A DNA stretch of 64,000 nucleotides. Source: a virus. This document shows, piece by piece, positions 1-8,680 of the stretch. The stretch lies in the IMG/VR virus record IMGVR_UViG_3300017766_003354, positions 64,001 to 128,000 of that record, one strand, 5' to 3'. Made by a program: the position numbers and the translations under genes. A model generated the notes under the pieces. The model worked only from the letters and a program-made list of their open reading frames with translations. It was not told the DNA's origin and ran no database searches. The number at the start of each line of letters is the position of its first letter. The stretch's first letter is position 1.

Positions 1-610
1 CCGCAATCGGGGCAGCAGGGACAAATGGATCGGCAATATCATTAGCCCCCGATAACTCTACGATTAAGACATCCTTTCCTGCCGAACGAGAAAGCAGTTG
101 GGCCAACGGGCCGTTTGAACGCTGAACCACGTATCCTATTCTAGCTGTCGTATTAGTATAATCAACAGTCGTTCCATCGGCAGTCAAAACCCCCCGTATA
201 TCATTAATCTTATATCCAGAATACCCAAAAGTTTGATCTGAAAATGTTGAGCTTTTTTGCAAGAACTCAAATCTAGCATTTAAAGCAAATCTCACCCATG
301 TTGGATAACCGTTTCCGACAAAACTCGCTGATTGCACTCCCGCAGCAGAAGTCGTGGCGCTTGAAGCAGCAGCGGTAATAGAGTCTCCTAAAAAAGCGAC
401 AATAGAAGTTTTTGTTATTCCAAGAGCATCTTGGCTAGCCGCTTCGTCTTCGGCAAGAGCTAAATTAATAGAATCATTATCTGTGCTAATCACTTTTGCA
501 TCCGCCCCACTTTCACCAGCTTCAATAGCATAAAATAAATCATTATCAGAAGCCTTTAATAGCCTTGAATTAGCTTGAACAGGAAGAGCGAGAATTTGTG
601 TCGAGGTCAT
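1..610 (-). CDS. SGNH/GDSL hydrolase-domain protein, probably a virion-associated esterase; runs off the window edge
   Basis: Not in the ORF track. Manual translation from ATG at 610 gives MTSTQILALP...IVAFLGDSITAA...FGYSG...VELSGANDI, i.e. SGNH blocks I, II and III, with no stop before position 1. Confidence 0.8.
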   Translation of the reverse strand, partial: MTSTQILALPVQANSRLLKASDNDLFYAIEAGESGADAKVISTDNDSINLALAEDEAASQDALGITKTSIVAFLGDSITAAASSATTSAAGVQSASFVGNGYPTWVRFALNARFEFLQKSSTFSDQTFGYSGYKINDIRGVLTADGTTVDYTNTTARIGYVVQRSNGPLAQLLSRSAGKDVLIVELSGANDIADPFVPAAPIA

Positions 611-611
611 A

Positions 612-923
612 TTAACTTAATACTGAATTATAATTAGAATCAAAAACTGATTGAGAGTCTGTATCTAGGACAATATTTGAGGCTATAAGTTCTTCATCTC
701 CACTCATATACCTAAACCCGCCATCATAAGGAGAAAACGCCAAATCATTAAACCCAAAAGTTATAACTTTGCGGTTGAATTCTCTGACTAAATGGCCGTC
801 ATATAAATGAGCGTGATCCAAAGGCTCTAAGACAGCTTCAATCTGCAAACGAATTGCGGCCCAAAAGCTGGAATCTCCAGTAAAGGTCGAATGAATTTCT
901 GATTGTAGCCAATATGGTCCCAC
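612..923 (-). CDS. hypothetical protein, probably virion-associated
   Basis: Track ORF 612..1022. The likely start is GTG at 923, 7 nt downstream of a GTGTAAA motif; this avoids overlap with the 986 gene. The stop abuts the next ATG at 610. Confidence 0.6.
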   Translation of the reverse strand: MGPYWLQSEIHSTFTGDSSFWAAIRLQIEAVLEPLDHAHLYDGHLVREFNRKVITFGFNDLAFSPYDGGFRYMSGDEELIASNIVLDTDSQSVFDSNYNSVLS

Positions 924-985
924 GGAATGTTTTACACATAATTTTAGGATTTTCAGTGTAAGAAAAGAAGAACCCCAAAAATAAA

Positions 986-1831
986 ATGTCAATCGACTTA
1001 GGCTCCTCTCCGACTCCTCCAAACGCGGCCCCTACAGAAGCCGAGAAAACCCAAATAAGAAATTCTCTTTCAACAAGCAACAAATCTTGGATTATTGGAG
1101 ATTTCAATACTTTAAATAGTGGAGACGCTTCTTTAATTTGTGGCTATAGCAACTCAAATAATAGAGGCAACTATAGTATCGTCGGAGGATATAATAATGA
1201 CTACAATTTAGGAGAATCTTCGTTGTTATGCGGAAATAGCAATGGCCCAAATTATGGAGCTAGCAGCCTTATCATGGGAAGCGCGAATGGCTTAAATTCT
1301 GGCTATTCTGCGCTTGTGGCTGGAGAAAATAATGAGGGTAACGCAGGGTCTTGCTCTTTGATTTTCGGAGAATATGCGGCGTATAATAAATTTGGAGACG
1401 CTTTAATTCAAGGTGGAGGAATGTCGGCGCGACGAGTCTCTGCTATTTTGACGAAACAAACACTCGATAATACTCCAACTCCTCTTACTATTGGAGGAGC
1501 GGCAGAAAACGCTTCTAATAGGCTTTTTATAGAAAATAATACAGCGTGGGCGTTTACCATTAACGCCATCGCCGCTAATGCAAATAAAAGCTCTGTCCAA
1601 TCATTTACTCGTAGAGGACTCATTACTAATAATAATGGATCGACTATACTTGTTGGCTCAGAATCTATCGGCACAGATTTTTCATATAATGGGTTGAGCG
1701 GGGCTATTATTCTTTCCGCTGATAATACATACGATACTTTAGTTGTTACTGCTAGTGGTATCGCAACTACTTTGGACTGGACGGCGAGCGTTGATTTGGT
1801 TCAAGTGGGTCTTCATTCTACGCCAGAATAA
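986..1831 (+). CDS. tail fibre/adhesin-like protein with Gly/Asn repeats
   Basis: Imperfect ~15-16 aa repeats (SLIxGxxNxxNxG) followed by a beta-rich C-terminal domain; preceded by GTGTAA at 956-961. Confidence 0.6.
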   Translation: MSIDLGSSPTPPNAAPTEAEKTQIRNSLSTSNKSWIIGDFNTLNSGDASLICGYSNSNNRGNYSIVGGYNNDYNLGESSLLCGNSNGPNYGASSLIMGSANGLNSGYSALVAGENNEGNAGSCSLIFGEYAAYNKFGDALIQGGGMSARRVSAILTKQTLDNTPTPLTIGGAAENASNRLFIENNTAWAFTINAIAANANKSSVQSFTRRGLITNNNGSTILVGSESIGTDFSYNGLSGAIILSADNTYDTLVVTASGIATTLDWTASVDLVQVGLHSTPE

Positions 1832-1865
1832 AACTTGTTATTCCGATTCTCATACTTAGCTAAAA

Positions 1866-2480
1866 ATGAACTTTCCAGAACGTGAAACCCTAGTTAAATC
1901 TGTGCAAAAATTCCTTGGACTCAATCAAGACGGAAAGGACGGCAAATTGACTTGGAGTGCTATCATAGAAGAATTGGGAATTAAAAATCCAGAACCTTCT
2001 CAAAAAAAAATCTGGCCAAAACGCGATTATTCAGATTTAGTTAATTTTTATGGAGAAGTCGGAACGAATCAAACAATTTTGGTTTTGCCATATAAGATGA
2101 GGCTTGCTTAGGATCTTGATACAGAGATTTCAAAAATTAGCTGCCACACCAAAGTAAAAGATTCTCTTGAAAGAATTTTTCAAAAAACTTTAAATCATTA
2201 TGGTTTGGAGAAAATCAAAGAATTGCGGCTTGATCTATTCGGCGGGTGTCTCAACGTAAGAAAGATGCGCGGAGGCTCTTCGTGGAGCATGCATAGCTGG
2301 GGAATAGCTGTCGATCTTGATCCAGATAAAAATCAATTAACGTGGGGCAAAGATAGGGCTTCTTTCGCTAAATCAGAGTATGATCCTTTCTGGAAAATTG
2401 TGGCCGACGAGGGTTGGACTTCTTTGGGCAAAGCCGAGAATAGGGATTGGATGCATTTCGAGGCCACAAGTGGCAAATAA
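1866..2480 (+). pseudogene. endolysin (peptidoglycan-binding domain plus M15-family Zn peptidase) with one in-frame TAG at 2109-2111; either a pseudogene or read through
   Basis: ORFs 1866..2111 and 2205..2480 share a frame and join as MRLA*DLDTEISKISCHTKV. Motifs are VQKFLGLNQDGKDG (PG-binding) and SMHSWGIAVD...DWMH (M15 Zn ligands). Confidence 0.8.
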
Positions 2481-2483
2481 AGC

Positions 2484-2511
2484 TTGACTTTCCCTTGCAA
2501 GGGATTAAATT
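2484..2511 (+). promoter_or_regulatory. sigma70-type promoter, leaderless spacing
   Basis: TTGACT-N16-TAAATT, then 6 nt to ATG 2518. The spacer holds the palindrome TCCCTTGCAAGGGA. Confidence 0.6.
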
Positions 2512-2517
2512 AGGTGC

Positions 2518-2775
2518 ATGAAAATTAAACACTTGCTTGCCCTTTCATTTCTCGCCGTGGTTCCATTGGATGCCAGAGAAAAAATCCCAGAAAAGCGCGA
2601 ATATTCAAAAGACCAAAAGGTTTTAAACCTTTCGGCCTCTAGCTTAATCTCCTACGAAGACGCTATGACCAAGTTTTCGCTGTCAAAACCAGACGGCTAC
2701 GTTATCGAATCTATCCGCTATCACATGCAGGGCCGAACTTATGTAGTCGCCGTGACGCTACGCAAGTCTTCTTAA
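2518..2775 (+). CDS. small exported protein with signal peptide
   Basis: N-terminus MKIKHLLALSFLAVVPLDA has signal-peptide character; the gene has its own promoter. Confidence 0.6.
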   Translation: MKIKHLLALSFLAVVPLDAREKIPEKREYSKDQKVLNLSASSLISYEDAMTKFSLSKPDGYVIESIRYHMQGRTYVVAVTLRKSS

Positions 2776-3558
2776 AACTAATTTCATTCGATCCTCGCAA
2801 CTTTTCGCATCGGGCTTTCCAAGTCCAAAATTACAAACTAGATTTTCTTTTCGGAGAGAGTCTAGTTTTTCTTTTAGCCCATCATCAGTAACCCAATACT
2901 CTCCGCGCCAAAATCCTTTAACCTCAGATTCGCCAAAATACTTTTTTGCCAAAAACCAAAAACTATAGTCTTCTAAAATTAGAAACTTTTTTAGATTTGC
3001 CGTTCTTTTGATTCTATTCAAAAACTTCTCTTCGTGCAAAGCTTTGCTCAGATAACCAACAAAAGAAGACTCAAAAAGATAAATCCCGCCATAAGGAAAT
3101 CCATTTTTCGACAAAGCAAACATCGCTTTTGATTCCTTCAAATAATCGGCCCAATTGGAATTTAAAATTAGACAATCAGGATCTATTTTAGCGATATATT
3201 TTGAGCCTGAAATTTCGGTCATTTGAGCGTAATTTTCGGTCATTCCTTTAATGCAAGGTTCTCCAATTAGATTCCCGCATCTGTGATAATCGGTATCCAA
3301 CACTACACAGCCTAAGTTTTCTAAAACTCTATGAATCTTCAGACTAATAGGAAAGAAAGAATCGTTCCAGATAAAAATCCATCCATCAAAAAACCTACGA
3401 ATAGACTTAACACAAAAAACTGTTTTATTTTCGTCTTTACCGTATGTCCAAATATTAAACGCTAGGTCGGTGTGCTTTGAGGTAGAAAGCTTTATTGCTC
3501 TCGTATTGTTCTCTGGCATAACGCTTAAATCGGCCAACATGGTTCTTTCGGATTCCAT
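2758..3558 (-). CDS. putative glycosyltransferase (GT-A fold); start uncertain
   Basis: Pattern IWTY..D...CVKSIRR...IFIWND...AKIDPDCL contains a DxD motif. Available ATGs lie inside the upstream gene. Confidence 0.5.
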   Translation of the reverse strand: MESERTMLADLSVMPENNTRAIKLSTSKHTDLAFNIWTYGKDENKTVFCVKSIRRFFDGWIFIWNDSFFPISLKIHRVLENLGCVVLDTDYHRCGNLIGEPCIKGMTENYAQMTEISGSKYIAKIDPDCLILNSNWADYLKESKAMFALSKNGFPYGGIYLFESSFVGYLSKALHEEKFLNRIKRTANLKKFLILEDYSFWFLAKKYFGESEVKGFWRGEYWVTDDGLKEKLDSLRKENLVCNFGLGKPDAKSCEDRMKLVLRRLA

Positions 3559-4489
3559 AAATGAAAACTTTGACTGACTTCGGGCGAAAGAGATTTTTTA
3601 CTTTGATTTGAAGGTTGGCCCCCAAAACGTTTGCTGTGGCTCGGCAGGGTTTATCCACGCCTTGAACAGAAACCACTGAAATCGACCCTTTCTCGCAAGA
3701 ATGAAGGATTTCGGGTGAAAGTCTGTAATTCGTTCTGCGGCCCGTAATTGGCACCTCTATGATGTCAAAGAACCACGCTTCTGGACTTTCCATGCAAACC
3801 CAGCCAATATATTCGTTCTGAAATGGAACAATCGCTGTTTTGCTTCCACTATCGTCAGAAACTCCAGTTGAACTGGATTCTCCCCCAGAAATAAAAAGGG
3901 TCCCGCCATCTCCCCAAACAGAAACGTTTCCGACTCCGCTGACACTTCTGAATTTTACAGAAGGGTTGCCAGCATTAAAAATGCTAGAATCTTGGCCCCA
4001 AGAATAAAGAATCGGTTCTCCATAACCGATATTTTCGTAATTGTTTTTTTGCCAATGGATATTCTCGCGCAAATAAATATTAGTCAAACCACCAAGACTA
4101 TCAAAATCACAAAGAGGAATAAAAAATTCTCCTTCTCCATTGCTATATACGTCGCTACCATTTGGAAGGTCGCGGGCAGAATAATGAAAATTATAAGAAC
4201 CAGAGGCCCCTTCTGTAATCTGCGCCGATGAAATGGCTGAGTTATCGGTAGGCGTTTGGACTTTTACAAAAAATCTTTTCCCAGCAACTTGATATTCTTG
4301 GTCGCAGCCTTGAATTGTTACTTTGCTTATTGCTCCGTCTGTCTGAGACTGAAAATCAAAAACATATCCTTGGTTAAAGGACATGCGCGTATTCGGACCT
4401 TCGCCCGAAATAACATAAGGGTAAAGAGGCTGAGGATTAGGGACATTAATTCCCTGATAAGGAAACCCGAATGCAGAAATATCGGACAT
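3455..4489 (-). CDS. hypothetical tail-associated protein
   Basis: 344-aa ORF starting 2 nt after the Gly-repeat fibre gene; beta-rich composition. Confidence 0.55.
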   Translation of the reverse strand: MSDISAFGFPYQGINVPNPQPLYPYVISGEGPNTRMSFNQGYVFDFQSQTDGAISKVTIQGCDQEYQVAGKRFFVKVQTPTDNSAISSAQITEGASGSYNFHYSARDLPNGSDVYSNGEGEFFIPLCDFDSLGGLTNIYLRENIHWQKNNYENIGYGEPILYSWGQDSSIFNAGNPSVKFRSVSGVGNVSVWGDGGTLFISGGESSSTGVSDDSGSKTAIVPFQNEYIGWVCMESPEAWFFDIIEVPITGRRTNYRLSPEILHSCEKGSISVVSVQGVDKPCRATANVLGANLQIKVKNLFRPKSVKVFIYGIRKNHVGRFKRYAREQYESNKAFYLKAHRPSV

Positions 4490-4491
4490 AA

Positions 4492-5841
4492 TTAAAAACT
4501 AGACAAAAATGTTCTACCCCAACCTGAACCCGCTGTGCCAGTGCAAATATAAAGGCCAGAACCACTGGCTTTCATCTCTCCAAAGCTCCCAGCCTGATTG
4601 GACGCGCCAGTAAATTGCGGCAACCTGAAAAATACTCCACTAGCGAAATCCAAAGAAAGAGTATGAGCGCCTTTAGATAAGTGGTTTCTATCTTGGCCGT
4701 CTCCCAAAATAGAAGCTCCGCTATGGCCCGAAGCGATCAAACACCTTCTACCTCCGAGAATTGAAGAATACGCCCCAGAAGCCGTATTAAATGTCCCACC
4801 TGCGACAACGGCGTATGGTCCACGCACATAGTTACTCGCCCCACCACCAATAAAACCAAATTCTCCGTCAACACTCGCCGCATTACTGGTTCCTCCGACT
4901 ACCGTAGAATACTGCGCATAGCAATAATTCCCAAGGCCGCCGCCAATAAAACTATATTCGGCAAGAGCTTGATTTGTTAATCCTCCGACAATACAGGAAT
5001 AATCTCCAGTGCTTACATTGGAAGCTCCCCCTCCAATAAAAGTGTGGCTACTGGCGCTTACATTATCTTGACCGCCAGCAATAGAAGAATATGAATGAGA
5101 AGCTGTATTATTAATTCCCCCTCCAACATAAGAAGCATAGCCTGACGCTGTATTAAAATAGCCGCCAGCAATAGCAGACATTTCACCCACGAAATTAATA
5201 TTTCCGCCACCAATAAAGGAATTCATACCCGATGAAATATTCCCATTGCCGCCTACAACCGAGCTGTAACCAAGAGCAACTTGGTTGTTTAATCCTCCTC
5301 CAATAAAAGTATAACCATTAGAACAAGTGTTTCCTTGTCCACCACCAATAACGCTAACGTGGGAACTAATAGTGTTCGCTGATCCGCCACCAATTACGCC
5401 AACATATCCAGTGATATTGTTATTCGAACCAGCCCCAATAAAACAACCATAATAATCTACAAATGGCCCAACCTTCATTCCAATGGAATTGGTCGAACCC
5501 GCCCCAATCATGGACTGGCTGGCAATAACATAATTTCCCGTTCCAGCGCCAATAGCTGAATTATCGTGAGTAACGATTAAATTCTGATCGCCGCCACCAA
5601 TAAAAGAACAATCTCCTCCAACTCCGCCACTTGTTCCTCCAGCTATTGAGCTGTTGATAGCATAAGTTGAATTGCCAGTCCCACCACCAATAAAAGAATT
5701 AGCCCCAATGGCTTCATTAGAGTCACCCGCAGAAACAAAAGATTTCGCCCCAGTAAATTCATTAAACGACGCTCTATAATGAGCGCCAGATAAAACGGCG
5801 TCAATTTCGGCTGCTGTATTTGATAACGAGTATTCGGACAT
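4492..5841 (-). CDS. Gly-rich repeat tail fibre/adhesin
   Basis: About 20 repeats of ~14-15 aa (SFIGGGxxN); N-terminus YSLSNTAAEIDAVL resembles fibre attachment segments; GTGTAAA lies 9 nt upstream of the ATG. Confidence 0.7.
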   Translation of the reverse strand: MSEYSLSNTAAEIDAVLSGAHYRASFNEFTGAKSFVSAGDSNEAIGANSFIGGGTGNSTYAINSSIAGGTSGGVGGDCSFIGGGDQNLIVTHDNSAIGAGTGNYVIASQSMIGAGSTNSIGMKVGPFVDYYGCFIGAGSNNNITGYVGVIGGGSANTISSHVSVIGGGQGNTCSNGYTFIGGGLNNQVALGYSSVVGGNGNISSGMNSFIGGGNINFVGEMSAIAGGYFNTASGYASYVGGGINNTASHSYSSIAGGQDNVSASSHTFIGGGASNVSTGDYSCIVGGLTNQALAEYSFIGGGLGNYCYAQYSTVVGGTSNAASVDGEFGFIGGGASNYVRGPYAVVAGGTFNTASGAYSSILGGRRCLIASGHSGASILGDGQDRNHLSKGAHTLSLDFASGVFFRLPQFTGASNQAGSFGEMKASGSGLYICTGTAGSGWGRTFLSSF

Positions 5842-5886
5842 CTAGTTTAATTTACACGTTTTCTTCTACTGGAGCCGCAACGAGAA

Positions 5887-6675
5887 TTAAACACCAGCAC
5901 CGACAGACTCCGCATAAGACTGAATAATAGAATAAAGACTGGCGTGTTGTGTCGGCGTTAATGACGACGAAACATATCCAGCCGCTTGTCTTCGTAAAGA
6001 AGAACCTACTACTCCTGCATTATTATATCCGCACAAATAAAAAGTAAAATTTGGCAAATTTGTGCTAACTATAGAACGAAAGCCAATGATTTGGCCGTTT
6101 TTATATGCTTGTATCGCTAGGGAATCGCTTCTATTGGCCGCATAAAACCCAAGAGAACTGGAAACATTTGCTGTAATCGTCGTGCTGCTGGTGTTGCACA
6201 AAAACGTTGCTGTCGATGAATTGTTTGAGGCTATTCTATTTTGACCGAGCAAACCGCTTCCTTTTACCCCGCAATCATAAGACGCGCCACTGGAAGAAGT
6301 AATAATATAAGTTCCGAAACTAATGCTATTGCTTTGGGCGTTTGTCGCATTGAGCAAATTAACTCCTGTGTTAATCGCTCTTCCAACTCCTCCCGCAAAA
6401 CCACGATCAGTTACAAATGTTGGGGTGCTAACTTTGGTTGCCGCTATTTGTGTTTTCCAGTTAAGAAGTCCAGCCTGTTCTGAATGCGCTGCAAGCATCC
6501 ACAAACCGTCCAATTTTGACCATATTCCCGCAGTTTTTAAATTCTTGACAGTCGTATTGATTAAAGATTGGCGTGTTATATCTGGTTGAATAACCATTGT
6601 TGAGATAATAGCCTGAGCATCAATATCGAAAGATCCCCTTCTGCGGCTCGAAGCAATAACATTTAAAAGACTCAT
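5887..6675 (-). CDS. hypothetical virion/tail-associated protein (lectin-like beta sandwich)
   Basis: LKTAGIWSKLDGLW segment followed by a beta-rich domain; ATGA overlap with the upstream gene. Confidence 0.55.
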   Translation of the reverse strand: MSLLNVIASSRRRGSFDIDAQAIISTMVIQPDITRQSLINTTVKNLKTAGIWSKLDGLWMLAAHSEQAGLLNWKTQIAATKVSTPTFVTDRGFAGGVGRAINTGVNLLNATNAQSNSISFGTYIITSSSGASYDCGVKGSGLLGQNRIASNNSSTATFLCNTSSTTITANVSSSLGFYAANRSDSLAIQAYKNGQIIGFRSIVSTNLPNFTFYLCGYNNAGVVGSSLRRQAAGYVSSSLTPTQHASLYSIIQSYAESVGAGV

Positions 6676-7166
6676 ATAAAGTCCCAGCTATTTGTCGAAC
6701 CCAATTTCTTTACGGCAAAAACGCCCCCGCCGCCAACATCAGCAACCGCATTATCGTTCGGCACAATATTTCCAGAAGAGGAAGAAAAAGAAATTAAACC
6801 AGCATTTGTCTCACGGCGAAAATAACAAGTCGAATCATCTGGCCAAGAAACGCCAGACGGCAAAATCAAAAGACATCCAGATGAATTCGTCAGTCTCCTA
6901 TAATTCCAAACATCAGAAAGCCCTACAGTATAAACAGAATCAGAAATATCTAAAGAATTGGCTACAACTCCAATCATCGACCCACGAATATAACCAGAAC
7001 TCGACCCACCCGACTCACTCGGCCCAACGGCAACTATTAAAGAGTTTCCTGTGTTGGCCGTTACTGTCAAGGCCCTGTCTGCGTCAGAAGTTACAGTCAG
7101 CACTCTTCCTGTATCGGCGGTGATGTAGATGCTAGCCGCCGCATCTGGAATAACGGTAACAGACAT
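6672..7166 (-). CDS. hypothetical virion protein
   Basis: 164-aa ORF in a coupled operon; N-terminal 13-aa-like repeats (ITADTGRVLTVTSDADRALTVTANTG). Confidence 0.55.
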   Translation of the reverse strand: MSVTVIPDAAASIYITADTGRVLTVTSDADRALTVTANTGNSLIVAVGPSESGGSSSGYIRGSMIGVVANSLDISDSVYTVGLSDVWNYRRLTNSSGCLLILPSGVSWPDDSTCYFRRETNAGLISFSSSSGNIVPNDNAVADVGGGGVFAVKKLGSTNSWDFI

Positions 7167-7167
7167 A

Positions 7168-7512
7168 TTAGCAGCTTGTATTTAAGGTCGCTTTTTCTGA
7201 GGTAGAAATTGTTCCCATAAGAAGCCTTTCTGTGACTCCAGTAACATTTAAAATCGTGTCATAATAACACTCGCCAAATGGCAAAACATCAGTCCCCTCC
7301 TTTGACAAAGATAAACGAACTCCACTAGGTAAATTCTCTGTAATGGTAAAACCTGTAATCGGATCTAACCCATAAAACTCCACAATCTCTGACTTGACGC
7401 AAACGCCAGTGTCCGAAAGGTCGATATAACTTCCGTCGCTTCTCTGCAAGACTAACGAAAGAGAAAAATCGACTCCTTTTTCAATCGAAAAATTGTAAAT
7501 TGCGGCTGACAT
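7168..7512 (-). CDS. hypothetical baseplate/tail-fibre adaptor-like protein
   Basis: YNFSIEKGVDFSLSL...IDLS...YYD...RLLMG pattern; GTGTAAA lies 8 nt upstream. Confidence 0.55.
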   Translation of the reverse strand: MSAAIYNFSIEKGVDFSLSLVLQRSDGSYIDLSDTGVCVKSEIVEFYGLDPITGFTITENLPSGVRLSLSKEGTDVLPFGECYYDTILNVTGVTERLLMGTISTSEKATLNTSC

Positions 7513-7529
7513 TTCTTCTGTTTACACGG

Positions 7530-7561
7530 AAAAAGCCGCCCGAGTTTCCCCGAGCGGCTTT
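7530..7561 (-). terminator. intrinsic terminator
   Basis: Minus strand AAAGCCGCTCGGGGAAACTCGGGCGGCTTTT, downstream of the 7584 gene. Confidence 0.8.
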
Positions 7562-7583
7562 ATTTCAACGGAGGTTGAATTTT

Positions 7584-7769
7584 TTACTTTTGCTTGGCGC
7601 GACCCACATTCAATGCCAACATATCAATAACAGAGTAGAGTTTGGCTTGCCAACCACTTTTTGGCGTTTTTGTTACGGCAGCAATAGCTGAAGCCAGCGT
7701 GACAACAGCGGTGAACACCTGAAACCAAGGGTTATCAGCAAACGGAGCGAGAATTTGAATAAAGTCCAT
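7584..7769 (-). CDS. small membrane protein, putative holin
   Basis: 61 aa with one hydrophobic helix (WFQVFTAVVTLASAIAAV) and a basic C-terminus; GTGTAA lies 8 nt upstream. Confidence 0.5.
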   Translation of the reverse strand: MDFIQILAPFADNPWFQVFTAVVTLASAIAAVTKTPKSGWQAKLYSVIDMLALNVGRAKQK

Positions 7770-7777
7770 ACCTTCTA

Positions 7778-7996
7778 TTACACTTCTTCATCTTCTTGGG
7801 AATCGGAAGATTCTGAATTAGGAAAAAGCTTATTATAAAAGTCCTGTTTTTGCTCTTCTGTAAGCCTTGAGATACTTTCCTTGGCGGAAGATTCAATTGC
7901 CCCCTGAATAATATTCAAAGCTTCACTCAGGCTTAAATCTGCGGCGATTTTTTGACAGGATTTTTGAAAAATTTGGCGCTCTTGGTCTTCTGTCAT
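7778..7996 (-). CDS. hypothetical protein
   Basis: 72 aa with an acidic tail; ATGA overlap with the upstream gene. Confidence 0.6.
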   Translation of the reverse strand: MTEDQERQIFQKSCQKIAADLSLSEALNIIQGAIESSAKESISRLTEEQKQDFYNKLFPNSESSDSQEDEEV

Positions 7997-8226
7997 TCGA
8001 AACCTCCGTTGTTTTCTTGCTTATTGCGCGGGCTTTCCCTGTAAACTCGAACGTCAGGCTCCTTGTCGTTCTTTTTGTTTGAATTGGCATAAGCAACAAG
8101 CTTGATGACCTCGCCGTTTACTTTAACATGCCCGCTGTAGTATTGAAGGCCGCCAGAAGAAGTCTCCCTCCACAATGCTCCCAATTCTCGATTCTTCCAG
8201 TCTGCTTTCTTTTCTTCGTCTGTCAT
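7993..8226 (-). CDS. DUF736-like small nucleic-acid-binding protein
   Basis: LGALWRETSSGGLQYYSGHV...NSNKKNDKEPDVRVY pattern. Confidence 0.55.
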   Translation of the reverse strand: MTDEEKKADWKNRELGALWRETSSGGLQYYSGHVKVNGEVIKLVAYANSNKKNDKEPDVRVYRESPRNKQENNGGFE

Positions 8227-8229
8227 AAT

Positions 8230-8406
8230 TTAATTAAATCCGTTGGTTGCAAATTCTAGTTGCTCCATAAAATAAGCCTTCTTAGGCTCAGGAGTAGCCG
8301 AATACATTTTCTTAAAGCGCCGATAGAGGCGTTTTTGAATGGGGTTCGGGTTTTTGAAATCGAATCCAATCATTTTGCGAATTGCTCTTGCTTTGATATT
8401 TCTCAT
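8230..8406 (-). CDS. hypothetical basic protein (58 aa)
   Basis: Below the track cutoff. Manual translation gives MRNIKARAIRKMIGFDFKNPNPIQKRLYRRFKKMYSATPEPKKAYFMEQLEFATNGFN; it fills the gap between co-oriented genes. Confidence 0.65.
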   Translation of the reverse strand: MRNIKARAIRKMIGFDFKNPNPIQKRLYRRFKKMYSATPEPKKAYFMEQLEFATNGFN

Positions 8407-8415
8407 AAAAGTGTG

Positions 8416-8435
8416 GCGGGGGATTGCTCCCCCGC
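8416..8435 (-). terminator. GC-rich hairpin, weak terminator or processing site
   Basis: GCGGGGG-N6-CCCCCGC downstream of the 8443 gene; the U-tract is imperfect. Confidence 0.5.
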
Positions 8436-8442
8436 TTTAGGA

Positions 8443-8646
8443 TTAGCCAACCGAGGCAATGCTAGTCTTAGCGAACTTACGATTTCGATAGTTGTTGCGG
8501 TCATAGACCCGAACATACGAATCAGTCTCACCACGGAACTGAGCATTCAGAACCTCTCCACCAGTAGTCTTCAAGCCAAAAAATCGGCCCTTCGAATTGC
8601 GGATAATGTTCAATGCGTCGATTTGCTTTTGTGTCATACGTTTCAT
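8443..8646 (-). CDS. hypothetical small basic protein
   Basis: 67 aa with its own promoter (TTGACT-N16-TAATAT at 8684-8657) and a downstream hairpin. Confidence 0.65.
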   Translation of the reverse strand: MKRMTQKQIDALNIIRNSKGRFFGLKTTGGEVLNAQFRGETDSYVRVYDRNNYRNRKFAKTSIASVG

Positions 8647-8680
8647 AAGTCCCTGTATATTAATGAATTAACCACCAAAG

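Noticed and set aside
4700-5720. Recurrent CCACCAATAAAA-like DNA repeats
   Set aside because: They encode the FIGGG protein repeats of the fibre and are not a CRISPR array or DGR template/variable pair. No reverse transcriptase is present in the window.
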